Shown: positions 8,446-16,740 of the stretch, one piece after another | How positions within the stretch are numbered: the first letter of the stretch is position 1 | Layout: each line of letters starts with the position of its first letter | IMG/VR virus record: IMGVR_UViG_3300050821_009523 | Source: a virus | Lineage: Duplodnaviria > Heunggongvirae > Uroviricota > Caudoviricetes | Length of the DNA stretch: 26,964 bases | Direction: 5' to 3' (one strand) | Program-made: the position numbers and the translations under genes | The notes under the pieces: model-generated | What the model was told of the DNA's origin: nothing | What the model saw: the letters and a program-made list of their open reading frames with translations, nothing else | Databases searched by the model: none

Positions 8446-8948
8446 GCATGGAATTAGAGCACGAAGAGCTTGTTGAATTGTGCCGCCTGCTCGCCAAGTT
8501 TCTGCAGCGCGATCAAGTGGACAAGCAGGGCGTGCCGTATTTCTTCCACCTAGAGGCCGTAGCCGACAAGGTGCATTCAGCGGCGCTAAAAGTGCCCGGC
8601 GGCTTTCGCGCCGAGCTGATTGGCGCAGCGTTGTTGCATGATGTGCTCGAGGACACGGACCTAAAATGGGACTGCCTTAGCGAGGTGGTGCCTACCGGTG
8701 TGGCGTCGCTAGTCAACATTCTCACGAGGCGCACCTCCAGCAAGTTTGGCTTTGACGAGACGTATCACGAATACATCGCACGCGTTAGCCAAAGCAGCGA
8801 CGCCACCGCGATCAAACTGGCAGACTTAGAGCACAACATGGAAAGAATGGAGTCGTTGCGGGAGCCGGAGCGCAGTGGCTTGCGCCAGCGCTACGAAAGG
8901 GCACACGCTTACCTGACGGCTGCGCAGGCGGCGCGGACAAGCTCATAG
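8442..8948 (+). CDS. HD-domain phosphohydrolase, SpoT/Mesh1 (small alarmone hydrolase)-like
   Basis: QVDKQGVPYFFHLEAVA, ALLHDVLEDT, IKLADLEHNM; ATGA-coupled start. Confidence 0.88.
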   Translation: MSMELEHEELVELCRLLAKFLQRDQVDKQGVPYFFHLEAVADKVHSAALKVPGGFRAELIGAALLHDVLEDTDLKWDCLSEVVPTGVASLVNILTRRTSSKFGFDETYHEYIARVSQSSDATAIKLADLEHNMERMESLREPERSGLRQRYERAHAYLTAAQAARTSS

Positions 8949-8961
8949 GGGACGGTACACA

Positions 8962-9159
8962 ATGCAGACTGCCATTTGCCCGTTGTGTTGCGGTGAAGGG
9001 CGCCTGAAGCTTGGTACGATTGTGCCAGCACGTAGCGGCGAGATGGGACGCACCTGCCACGGTTGCGGCGGTAATGGCTGGGTAGCGCTGCCCCAAAGGC
9101 GCATGCAGTTACCCGCATACGGCTGCACCGAGACAGTTGGCAGATGGCGGCCGGGCTGA
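8962..9159 (+). CDS. Small DnaJ-type zinc-finger protein (65 aa)
   Basis: CPLCCGEG and CHGCGGNG (CxxCxGxG twice). Confidence 0.6.
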   Translation: MQTAICPLCCGEGRLKLGTIVPARSGEMGRTCHGCGGNGWVALPQRRMQLPAYGCTETVGRWRPG

Positions 9160-9167
9160 AAGCGCCC

Positions 9168-10295
9168 ATGCCCGACACCCTAACGCTTAACGAGCAGGTG
9201 GCGGACGACACGGTTGCGCATGCAATCGATCTTACGTCCGTCGAGGCAGATCTCGAAGAGAAAGCGCTCGGCTCGCTTGAGCAGTTGGAATCGATCTTGG
9301 TGCAGCAACTCTCCGCAGCAGACCTTGGCAGCGACGGGAGCCCAAGCCTGACACCGTACGCACGACACCGCTTGGAGATGCTGCTGCAACAGACGCGCGA
9401 CACGATCCGCACTACCTACACAGCGATCAACGCGGCGCACACCGTAGGGCTCACGGACTTGGCCAACCTTGCGTCCGCCTTTGCCGAGGGCGTCATCTCG
9501 CCCGTGGCGCTACAGATCGAGATCGATACTGTCGCGCTGACAGCCGGGCAGTTGCGCGCCATTGTGTCAGACGCGCTGATCCAGGGCGCGCCCTCGGCCG
9601 AGTGGTGGTCACGCCAGGCGGGCGATCTGGTGGAGCGTTTCTCCGACACGATGCGCATGGGGCTGATGCAGGGCTGGACCAACGACCAGCTCGTGCGGGC
9701 TGTGCGCGGCACCGCATCGTGGGTTGGCGGCCGGCGGGTGTACAACGGCGGCATCATGGACATCACGGCGCAGAACGCAGAGAGCCTTGTGCGCACCAGC
9801 GCGCAGGCCGTGGCTAGTGCTTCGCGACGGGACACCTACAGATCGAACAGCGATGTAGTGAAGGGCATCGTGCAGATCTCCACGCTCGACAATCGAACCA
9901 CATTGACCTGCATCTCTTACGACCGCGAGGCGTGGCTCTTCCCCGATATGCAGCCCATCGGCACAAAACGCTTGCCGTACAACAGCGGAACGCCGCGACA
10001 CTGGAGGTGCAGGAGTACGGAATCCGGACTGCTTAAGTCGTGGCGCGAGCTTGGCATCGACATGAATGATCTGCCGGTGGGCGAGCGCATTTCGTCGGAC
10101 GGCAAGGTGCCGGCAGATATCACCTTTGACGAGTGGCTTGCGCGCCGCACGCCAGCACAGCAGGACGCGCAACTTGGGCCGGGGCGTGCCGCGCTGTGGC
10201 GCAATGGTAAGATCAACTTAAAGCAGCTGCTCGACGGGCGCGGCAACCCGCTGACGCTAGAGCAGTTATATGCAAAGTACGGGAGGCCAAAGTGA
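9168..10295 (+). CDS. Phage minor head / head morphogenesis protein (SPP1 gp7 / Mu gpF family)
   Basis: AESLVRTSAQAVAS, QISTLDNRTTLTCISYD, PRHWRCRST, ITFDEWL, QQDAQLGPGRAALWRNG; alternative start at 9144. Confidence 0.9.
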   Translation: MPDTLTLNEQVADDTVAHAIDLTSVEADLEEKALGSLEQLESILVQQLSAADLGSDGSPSLTPYARHRLEMLLQQTRDTIRTTYTAINAAHTVGLTDLANLASAFAEGVISPVALQIEIDTVALTAGQLRAIVSDALIQGAPSAEWWSRQAGDLVERFSDTMRMGLMQGWTNDQLVRAVRGTASWVGGRRVYNGGIMDITAQNAESLVRTSAQAVASASRRDTYRSNSDVVKGIVQISTLDNRTTLTCISYDREAWLFPDMQPIGTKRLPYNSGTPRHWRCRSTESGLLKSWRELGIDMNDLPVGERISSDGKVPADITFDEWLARRTPAQQDAQLGPGRAALWRNGKINLKQLLDGRGNPLTLEQLYAKYGRPK

Positions 10296-10546
10296 TGGCG
10301 TACCTCATGGTTGACTATTCGTACGATTTCAAGGGCATTGATACCGCGCTGGAACGTGAAATCGCCACGATCGTAGGGAGGCCGCACGATGACAGCGGTT
10401 GTGGCTTTGGAGTCCGGGATTTAGGGTGGGCGCAGGTGCCGGAAGGCCATGCCGCAGAACTAAAGACGCAAATAGAGCGTGCGGTTGCGCACCGTCCTGC
10501 TGTACACAAAATATCAGTATCGCTCACGCAAGACGACGGGTTCTAA
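10295..10546 (+). CDS. Hypothetical protein (83 aa)
   Basis: GGGAGG RBS, TGATG overlap; DSGCGFGVRDLGW motif. Confidence 0.7.
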   Translation: MAYLMVDYSYDFKGIDTALEREIATIVGRPHDDSGCGFGVRDLGWAQVPEGHAAELKTQIERAVAHRPAVHKISVSLTQDDGF

Positions 10547-10549
10547 AAG

Positions 10550-10783
10550 ATGAGCGAGCGTGTCCTGATCGCGGCCCGCAACCACGAGACGGCAGTGCGG
10601 TATGCGCGCCGGCACGGCATCGTGTGGTGGAGCTACATCAGCGGGCCGGAGGTGCTGCTGGGCTACCGCGGCGTGCGGGTGCTGGGCGTTGGGGAATGGC
10701 GCCGCGGGCCGGTGCCGGAGCTGGACTTGATCGTGCGGCAATACGGGCTGCAATTCGAGGAGGTGCCGGATGACAGAGCGTAA
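10550..10783 (+). CDS. Hypothetical protein (77 aa)
   Basis: ORF track; fits operon spacing. Confidence 0.65.
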   Translation: MSERVLIAARNHETAVRYARRHGIVWWSYISGPEVLLGYRGVRVLGVGEWRRGPVPELDLIVRQYGLQFEEVPDDRA

Positions 10784-10907
10784 CGTGGACAGCACCGAGG
10801 TGCGTGAACTGCTAAGCACTGCGGTGCAGCAAACTTTCACTGCCGTTACGTTCGTGATGGCAGGCGAGTCGCCGGAGGGCGCCAGCCGAGCGCCCGCTGC
10901 TACTTGA
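10770..10907 (+). CDS. Small hypothetical protein (45 aa)
   Basis: GAGGAGG RBS; manually translated MTERNVDSTEVRELLSTAVQQ... Confidence 0.4.
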   Translation: MTERNVDSTEVRELLSTAVQQTFTAVTFVMAGESPEGASRAPAAT

Positions 10908-10965
10908 AGCCGAGGAATACAAAGCTGGTAACCGAGAGATCAAGCCCCGAGAAGGAGCGTAACCG

Positions 10966-11577
10966 ATGCGTAGTTGGTCGTTTGGCCTCGTCTTGTCGTT
11001 GCTCGCATGTGCCGCAACAGCAGCCCCGGCACCAGCATTCTTCTTCCCGCTCACACCCTGCCGTGCGCTCGATACACGCGCGGTGGACGGCACGGCCGGC
11101 GTACCGCTGACGCTTGGCAAGCTCCCGCTCGTTTCTGGTGTTCTCAGGACAGCGAGGCTTGAAGGTGCCTGTGGTATTCCGGACGGCGCAGTTGCTGTTT
11201 CTCTCAATGTTACGGTCGTCAACGTACTGAACCCCGGCGGCCAAGGTAACCTCACGCTATGGCCGGCAGGCGCGCCCTTTCCTGTCGTGTCGCTACTCAA
11301 TACAAACGGCGACGTGGCAGAAGACTACACGGTAGCCAACCACGCCACCGTACCGCTGGCCAAGGTGGCATCGCCAACAAGTGACATCTCGATCTACTTC
11401 TACGGCGGCACGCTCGGCGGCAGTACGGACTTGATCATCGACGTGGACGGGTATTTCGGCGATGCGCTTGCATGGCTCAAGGCCCACAACGGAGACTTTG
11501 ACGGCGATACGGGCTGCGGCGATGGGGGCGACCACGCCAGTGACTGCGGCGACTCGGCGCGTCATTTCAGGCCATGA
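10966..11577 (+). CDS. Secreted beta-rich protein with PCR-x-x-DTR domain (cell-surface protein-like)
   Basis: AAGGAG RBS; signal peptide MRSWSFGLVLSLLACAATAA; PLTPCRALDTR, GACGIPDGAVAVSLNVTVVN, GNLTLWPAG, ANHATVPL, DLIIDVDGYF. Confidence 0.8.
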   Translation: MRSWSFGLVLSLLACAATAAPAPAFFFPLTPCRALDTRAVDGTAGVPLTLGKLPLVSGVLRTARLEGACGIPDGAVAVSLNVTVVNVLNPGGQGNLTLWPAGAPFPVVSLLNTNGDVAEDYTVANHATVPLAKVASPTSDISIYFYGGTLGGSTDLIIDVDGYFGDALAWLKAHNGDFDGDTGCGDGGDHASDCGDSARHFRP

Positions 11578-11822
11578 GCACTGCCAAGCCTGCCGACGAG
11601 TGGCCGATTTACCCCGGCGGCTTGATGCGGTGCTGTATCGAAACGATCGTCAACTGCGCCGAACTGAAAGATGTGGGCGACCTGCTGGACTGCAAATACG
11701 AGCACAAGCCCACAATGGAGCTGCGCGCGGATGGCTGGCATTGGTACGGGCCGCCAGCGTCAGCGGAAATCAACGAGTTTTACGAGGCGATGCGGGCTGC
11801 GGAGCTACAGCGAAAGCCATGA
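11574..11822 (+). CDS. Hypothetical Cys-containing protein (82 aa)
   Basis: ATGA-coupled; MRCCIET...LDCKY. Confidence 0.65.
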   Translation: MSTAKPADEWPIYPGGLMRCCIETIVNCAELKDVGDLLDCKYEHKPTMELRADGWHWYGPPASAEINEFYEAMRAAELQRKP

Positions 11823-12241
11823 GAAAGAATAACTGGCACGAGCCGCTGCCGCCCGTTGATCTTGATAAGCTGGCAGAGGAGCTAAATGCAAGTTTCGCCC
11901 GGCAGGCAGAGCAGCGCGCCGAGGTGGCGGCCATGATTGGCACGCCGCGGCAGTGGCGCAAGTCGGTGCGCAACTTAATCCGTAAGTACGCACGCTGGTA
12001 CCGCCAAGAGATGCGCATCATTGCGGCGGCCGGCGACATCTTCCCGCGCTCGCCGCTCTCGGTCTACGCGCCGACGCCGGTCGATATTCAGGTCAGCAGC
12101 TACAACGCCACGCTACACGAGAAAGCGCAAGCATGCGCGCGTGACATGACCGAATGGCTCCGCAGCCCTGGCCGAAAGGCGCTGATACGCGAACAGATCG
12201 ATAGGTGGCGCAGGTACCGGCGCGGGCGGGTGCCAGCGTGA
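11819..12241 (+). CDS. Hypothetical protein (140 aa)
   Basis: Start re-assigned to ATG 11819 (ATGA overlap). Confidence 0.7.
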   Translation: MRKNNWHEPLPPVDLDKLAEELNASFARQAEQRAEVAAMIGTPRQWRKSVRNLIRKYARWYRQEMRIIAAAGDIFPRSPLSVYAPTPVDIQVSSYNATLHEKAQACARDMTEWLRSPGRKALIREQIDRWRRYRRGRVPA

Positions 12242-12588
12242 ACCACATCGTGATCATCGGCAGCAAGCAGTTAGACAGGATCGAGGCTACGCTAGCCGAG
12301 ATCCAAGCAGACCTCAGAAAGGGGTTTCAAGCCATGTCAGCAGAAGTCGATGCCTTGAAAGCAGCAGTTGCCTCGGAGGATCTGGATATCGCTAAGCTCG
12401 TCAACCTAGTCAAGGGATTTCCAGCCCAACTGTCAGCCGGCATCGCGGCGGCGGAGTCCGGCGACACCGCAACCGTGACACAACTGGTGGCCGACGTGCA
12501 GGCACAGACAACGGCGATCGAGGCTGTGCTGCCAGCACCTGCGCCGGCTGCACCCGCAGCACCAGCCACGCCGCCGGCTGGGCAGTAG
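12238..12588 (+). CDS. Ala-rich helical phage protein (116 aa; possible second start at ATG 12334)
   Basis: GTGA-coupled start; internal GAAAGGGG before ATG 12334; LDRIE...MSAEVDALKAAV pattern common in phage ORFs. Confidence 0.7.
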   Translation: MNHIVIIGSKQLDRIEATLAEIQADLRKGFQAMSAEVDALKAAVASEDLDIAKLVNLVKGFPAQLSAGIAAAESGDTATVTQLVADVQAQTTAIEAVLPAPAPAAPAAPATPPAGQ

Positions 12589-12594
12589 GGCGCC

Positions 12595-12885
12595 GTGAGC
12601 AAGTTTCGGGAGTACCGAGAGGGCAAGGGCTTCTCGCTGCGCGGGTTGGCACGCGCTGCCGGCATCAGCAAGACGACGCTGCTCGCGATCGAGTCGGGCG
12701 CCTCGTGGCCGCGGATGGCAACGCGCGAGAAGCTAGCCGCCGCGATGGGCGTAACGCACAGCGAGGTGATACGAGAGCTGTCTGCGGCACGCAGGGCGCG
12801 GCAGCCGGACGGCCTTGCGGGCGATGTGGTCCCTGGCGAGACGGCCAACACGCTGTACGAAAAAGAGCAGTGGGAGGCAGATTGA
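12595..12885 (+). CDS. XRE/Cro-type helix-turn-helix transcriptional regulator
   Basis: FREYREGKGFSLRGLARAAGISKTTLLAIESGASWPRMATREKLAAAMGV. Confidence 0.85.
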   Translation: MSKFREYREGKGFSLRGLARAAGISKTTLLAIESGASWPRMATREKLAAAMGVTHSEVIRELSAARRARQPDGLAGDVVPGETANTLYEKEQWEAD

Positions 12886-13340
12886 CTGGCCCTGTCGGGC
12901 TGCCCGCGCCGTGGGCCGTTACGCTGCCGCAGGCGGTGCCGGACAGCATCGACATGGACGGCAAACCAACCGCCGTTAGCTGCTGCCATTTCCTGCGCGA
13001 CGGCGGCGCAGTACAGGTGTTTGTCCAGGGGCCAGAACATGCGATCAAGGATCTAGTCGAACTTGTACACCGCGGCGAGGAGGAACGTAACAAGCGGTTG
13101 CGTGCCCTAGCGGCCGGCGAGTTTGGCTACTACATCGTTTTCCTTACGGCCAAGGGACACAACTTTGTCCACATCAGCCTGCCGACGCCGATCGAGCACT
13201 TCGGCCACATCGCGGGCGTAGCGCGCACGTTGGCGCGCGATCTGGGCGAGCCGCATGTCATCATCCTGGATTGGCGAGAGCTACAAGCGGCGCCGCTGGT
13301 GGCGCCCATTACGGGAGGAAATAAACTTGGACAAGCCTAG
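12882..13340 (+). CDS. Hypothetical protein (152 aa)
   Basis: TTG start overlapping the HTH stop, GGGAGG RBS; C-terminal GYYIVF...VIILDWREL. Confidence 0.65.
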   Translation: MTGPVGLPAPWAVTLPQAVPDSIDMDGKPTAVSCCHFLRDGGAVQVFVQGPEHAIKDLVELVHRGEEERNKRLRALAAGEFGYYIVFLTAKGHNFVHISLPTPIEHFGHIAGVARTLARDLGEPHVIILDWRELQAAPLVAPITGGNKLGQA

Positions 13341-14025
13341 CAACGCGACTCTATTGGACAGGATCGCAGTGCTCGAAAAGCGGGCGGCCGACCTTGGCAC
13401 CAACATGACGGTCCTGCACAGACAGCAGGCCGAGGACCGCAACGGCACCATTGAGATGTACCGCGAAGCGGTGGCGCGCGTTGACGCTGTCAGACGAGAG
13501 ATCGGTTTGCTCCCCAGCGGTACGCTGGAAGAGCTCGTAGATCAGTGCACCGAGCCGCAACCAGAGGTACGCACCGACACGTGGCGCCACCCTGCCGGCG
13601 GCGAGATCAAGGTGACGTATCGGCAGGCCGGTACAGGCGAGGCCCCCACGCTACCGGACGGGCAGATCCTTGGCGGCATGGTGTTCCGTGGTGACCGCTG
13701 GGAGCTGGTGGCAGACTGCGATACGGGTAGGGTATCGGTGCTCAGGAACAACTGCGAGCAGGTGCGCTTGCCCATCGACGGCGTGATCATCTCGAAGGTG
13801 AATGCCGAGGCGTACTGGCAATTGGTCAAGATCCTCGACGACCTTAGGTTCACCAACGAGACTGCCGTCAAGGCTGTCACCAGGATCATTGAGGAGCGCG
13901 GCCGCTTCCGCGCTGCGGCAGAGGCTGCTGCAGCGCCGGCACCCAAGCGCCCGCGCGGCCGGCCGCGAAAGGGTGTAGAATCGCCACCAGCGCGCCGTAG
14001 GGCGCCGAAGGCCGGGAGACGGTGA
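13327..14025 (+). CDS. Hypothetical protein with C-terminal AT-hook (232 aa)
   Basis: GGAGG RBS plus TTG start; PKRPRGRPRKG AT-hook motif. Confidence 0.72.
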   Translation: MDKPSNATLLDRIAVLEKRAADLGTNMTVLHRQQAEDRNGTIEMYREAVARVDAVRREIGLLPSGTLEELVDQCTEPQPEVRTDTWRHPAGGEIKVTYRQAGTGEAPTLPDGQILGGMVFRGDRWELVADCDTGRVSVLRNNCEQVRLPIDGVIISKVNAEAYWQLVKILDDLRFTNETAVKAVTRIIEERGRFRAAAEAAAAPAPKRPRGRPRKGVESPPARRRAPKAGRR

Positions 14026-14123
14026 TGGACCCCGCAGCATGCGCGCCGTGTCGTATGGCAGCGCAGCGCACTGTGGCGCATCGCCCCGCTTGGCGGCATA
14101 GCGCAACGCGACGGCTTCACTAA
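14025..14123 (+). CDS. Small CxxC peptide (32 aa)
   Basis: TGATG overlap; MDPAACAPCRMAAQRTVAHRPAWRHSATRRLH fills the gap. Confidence 0.35.
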   Translation: MDPAACAPCRMAAQRTVAHRPAWRHSATRRLH

Positions 14124-14138
14124 AGGGGGTAAAACCAG

Positions 14139-14453
14139 ATGACACCAGAGGGAGTGCAAGAGCAGGCGGCTGAGTTGAAACCCGGCATGCCGGTGTTGTT
14201 GCTGACAGCCGATGACCCACTCGCGCCCGCTGTGGCGCGCCACTACGCGCAGCAGCTTGCCGCCGCCAGCCGGCCGCCGGGCGAGATCGCCCTGGCCGAG
14301 CAGTCTGCCGCCGCCATGGAGCACTGGCTGCGCGACAACCCGCCAAAGGGCCAGCCGGCCGCCAAGCCCACCGCAGACCCCCGCGATGCCACCAAGGACG
14401 ACAAGGAGAGCGCCGCAGTGCCCGGTACGCCAGAGGCCGCGGCAGGCGCGTAA
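14139..14453 (+). CDS. Hypothetical phage protein (104 aa)
   Basis: AAAGGGGG RBS; VLLLTADDPLAPAVARHYA resembles the common phage F-x-L-x-A-x-D-x-x-AP motif. Confidence 0.7.
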   Translation: MTPEGVQEQAAELKPGMPVLLLTADDPLAPAVARHYAQQLAAASRPPGEIALAEQSAAAMEHWLRDNPPKGQPAAKPTADPRDATKDDKESAAVPGTPEAAAGA

Positions 14454-14454
14454 C

Positions 14455-14640
14455 ATGGCCCTGAGGTGGGACGAGTTGCAGGAGGCAGTTGCGGACCTAG
14501 CCCGCAAGGTGCCGACCCTGCAAGCGCTCGTGACGCAGGCGCAGGGCGATATCCGCGCGCTGCAGGAGCGGCAGGCCACCACCGACGAGGAGGTGGCACA
14601 GGTGTTTGCGGAAGTGCGCAAGCAACGAGGGGCGGTATAG
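14455..14640 (+). CDS. Small coiled-coil protein (61 aa)
   Basis: ATG 1 nt after the upstream stop; heptad-rich. Confidence 0.65.
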   Translation: MALRWDELQEAVADLARKVPTLQALVTQAQGDIRALQERQATTDEEVAQVFAEVRKQRGAV

Positions 14641-14642
14641 CG

Positions 14643-15122
14643 ATGGCCGCACAGGACAGCCCCCCGGCCGGCCAGCCGGATAGCAGCGGTGCGCCGCCCA
14701 TCCGCACCGGCGGGGGGCGCCCTAAAGGTAGCCTCAACAAGCTGAGCAAGGATCTGGCCGCGAAGCTCGAACGGCTGGACTGCGACCCCGCGATGGCGCT
14801 GGCCAAATTGATGCGCTGGACGCGGCCCTTTTATCCGCGGCGCTGTGACTACCCTGGCTGCCACGAATTCTGCACACACGGCGGCTTGCGGCCCGCGAAA
14901 GGCTGGTGTGGGGACCACGCACCGGCAGATGCGCCAGCAATGCCGATATTCAAGAACCCCAACGAAGACAAACAACTGCATAAAGAATGCGCCGGCTTGC
15001 TGATGCCCTACATCGCGCCGCGCATCACGGCAGTCGAGATGGACATGTCCAGCCTGTTGGGTGACGTCACGATCAACATCCTGCCGCCCGAGCCTGACGA
15101 AAAGCCGCCAGACGAAAAGTAG
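14643..15122 (+). CDS. terS: Putative terminase small subunit with inserted zinc-finger-like segment
   Basis: GGGRPKGSLNK...DPAMALAK...AGLLMPYIAPRITAVE pattern; immediately upstream of terL; GAGGGG RBS. Confidence 0.72.
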   Translation: MAAQDSPPAGQPDSSGAPPIRTGGGRPKGSLNKLSKDLAAKLERLDCDPAMALAKLMRWTRPFYPRRCDYPGCHEFCTHGGLRPAKGWCGDHAPADAPAMPIFKNPNEDKQLHKECAGLLMPYIAPRITAVEMDMSSLLGDVTINILPPEPDEKPPDEK

Positions 15123-15133
15123 GGCCATAGCGA

Positions 15134-16447
15134 GTGGACTACCGCCCGCTCGGTTATCAGTATCGCATTTTCCGCTCGCCGAAAGAACGGCTGTTCATCG
15201 GAGGCGGAATCGGCGTCGGCAAAACTGACACGGGCAGTGTTTGGACACTGATGCGCGCCAAGCAGGCGCCGGGAGATGTCTTCGGCATTATTGCGGCGCA
15301 CACCTACCAGCAGCTCATCGACGTAACGGTCCGCAACTTCTTCAAAAACCTAGACAATTGGGGCATACCGCATCTCCCAAAGGCCCTACCTGGTAGCTCG
15401 CGCCCATTCACAGTCCGGGTGTGGAATGGCAGTCGGTGGGTGGATCACCTCTGCCGCTCGCTTGATAGTCCCGAGAACCTCTCTGGCCTCGAGGCCGGCT
15501 ACTGGTGGTGTGACGAAGCGTGGCAAGCAACACGCGAGGCGGTTGATATCCTGCTTGCGCGTGACCGCGACAAGCGCATGCACAACCAGGGCCTATTTAC
15601 AACAACCCTTTACGAGCCTACCTCGTGGATGTACGAAACCTTTGTCGAGCGCTTCGACGAGCGCCTCATGGAAGTGATCTATGCGCCGACTTGGCTCAAT
15701 GCAAAGAATCTGCCCGATGGTTACATCAGGCGCATGAAGGCGATGTACAGCGTGCGCCAGTACCAGCGTATGATCGAAGCCAAGTGGGTAACGCTTGCGA
15801 GCGGGCAGGTGTATTATGCCTTCGATCGCAAGGTGCATGTGCAACAGCACGCGGAGTTTGATCCGCATTTGCCGATTCTCTGGACGCACGACTTTAACAT
15901 CGGGCAAAACAAGCCGATGTCAAGCGCGCTGTGTCAGATCAGGCGCGCGATCGGCAAGGACGGCTGGCGGCCGGAGCTCGTTGTCTTCGACGAGCTGGTG
16001 CTAGACAGCAGCGATACTTCGGATTCTATAGCGGAGTTTCGTGCACGCGGTTGGCAAGACAAGCTCAAGACAAAGCACGCTGTCTGGATCTACGGTGACG
16101 CCAGCGGGCGAGCGCACGACACACGCAGCAGGACAAGCGATTACAAGATCCTTGCGGATGCTGGTTTTGTGCAACAGCGTGTGCCGCTTGCGAACCCACA
16201 AATCAGGACACGCCACAATTCTACGAACGCCCTCCTCAAGAACGCTGCCGGAGACGTGCGGTGCTATGTTCACCCACGCTGCACCACGCTGGCGAAAGGT
16301 TTAGAGACTGTCCGCGTTAAAAAGGGCGCGCAGTACGTGGAAGAGCAGACGCGGGAATCGCACATCACATGTTCGTTGGGATATTTAATAGAGGCAGAAT
16401 TCCCCTCCGCGGGGCCACGCGGAGGTTCTATGGAGCTGCCTATATAA
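15134..16447 (+). CDS. terL: Terminase large subunit
   Basis: Walker A GGIGVGKT, Walker B YWWCDEA, coupling motif FTTT, nuclease motifs WTHDFNIG and IYGDASG. Confidence 0.95.
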   Translation: MDYRPLGYQYRIFRSPKERLFIGGGIGVGKTDTGSVWTLMRAKQAPGDVFGIIAAHTYQQLIDVTVRNFFKNLDNWGIPHLPKALPGSSRPFTVRVWNGSRWVDHLCRSLDSPENLSGLEAGYWWCDEAWQATREAVDILLARDRDKRMHNQGLFTTTLYEPTSWMYETFVERFDERLMEVIYAPTWLNAKNLPDGYIRRMKAMYSVRQYQRMIEAKWVTLASGQVYYAFDRKVHVQQHAEFDPHLPILWTHDFNIGQNKPMSSALCQIRRAIGKDGWRPELVVFDELVLDSSDTSDSIAEFRARGWQDKLKTKHAVWIYGDASGRAHDTRSRTSDYKILADAGFVQQRVPLANPQIRTRHNSTNALLKNAAGDVRCYVHPRCTTLAKGLETVRVKKGAQYVEEQTRESHITCSLGYLIEAEFPSAGPRGGSMELPI

Positions 16448-16670
16448 CCTCGTGGTCTGGCACTGCGTCTTCCAAACCCAAGGCCCGTAGACAGATCCGG
16501 CAATTGAGCAACATAAAACCGTCTTGCGGCCTGCCGTCGTGCAGCTCGGGCTGCGGGCCTACGATGTAACCGCAAAGCGCCGGGCCGACAGTTGGGCCAG
16601 CATAATGCCGCACCCAATGTGGATAGCGAGTCTTGAGCCGGAGCTCGAAAACCGATGTCATGCGCGTCAT
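16440..16670 (-). CDS. Small Zn-finger-like protein (76 aa)
   Basis: GGAGG RBS; H...ALCG...NCRIC; convergent with and overlapping the terL stop. Confidence 0.62.
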   Translation of the reverse strand: MTRMTSVFELRLKTRYPHWVRHYAGPTVGPALCGYIVGPQPELHDGRPQDGFMLLNCRICLRALGLEDAVPDHEVI

Positions 16671-16695
16671 GTCAGTACCTCCGCGAGCCACATGC

Positions 16696-16726
16696 GCCGG
16701 CAGGGGGGGGGGCAACCACTGCCGGC
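16696..16726 (-). other. Stem-loop downstream of the precursor-peptide gene containing a G10/C10 homopolymer
   Basis: GCCGGCAG (16696-16703) / CTGCCGGC (16719-16726); G run at 16703-16712. Confidence 0.5.
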
Positions 16727-16740
16727 CAAGTGGACGTGCC

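Noticed and set aside
13542-15128. 528-aa minus-strand ORF
   Set aside because: Shadow of well-coupled plus-strand genes including terS; Arg/Ala/Cys-rich with no motif.
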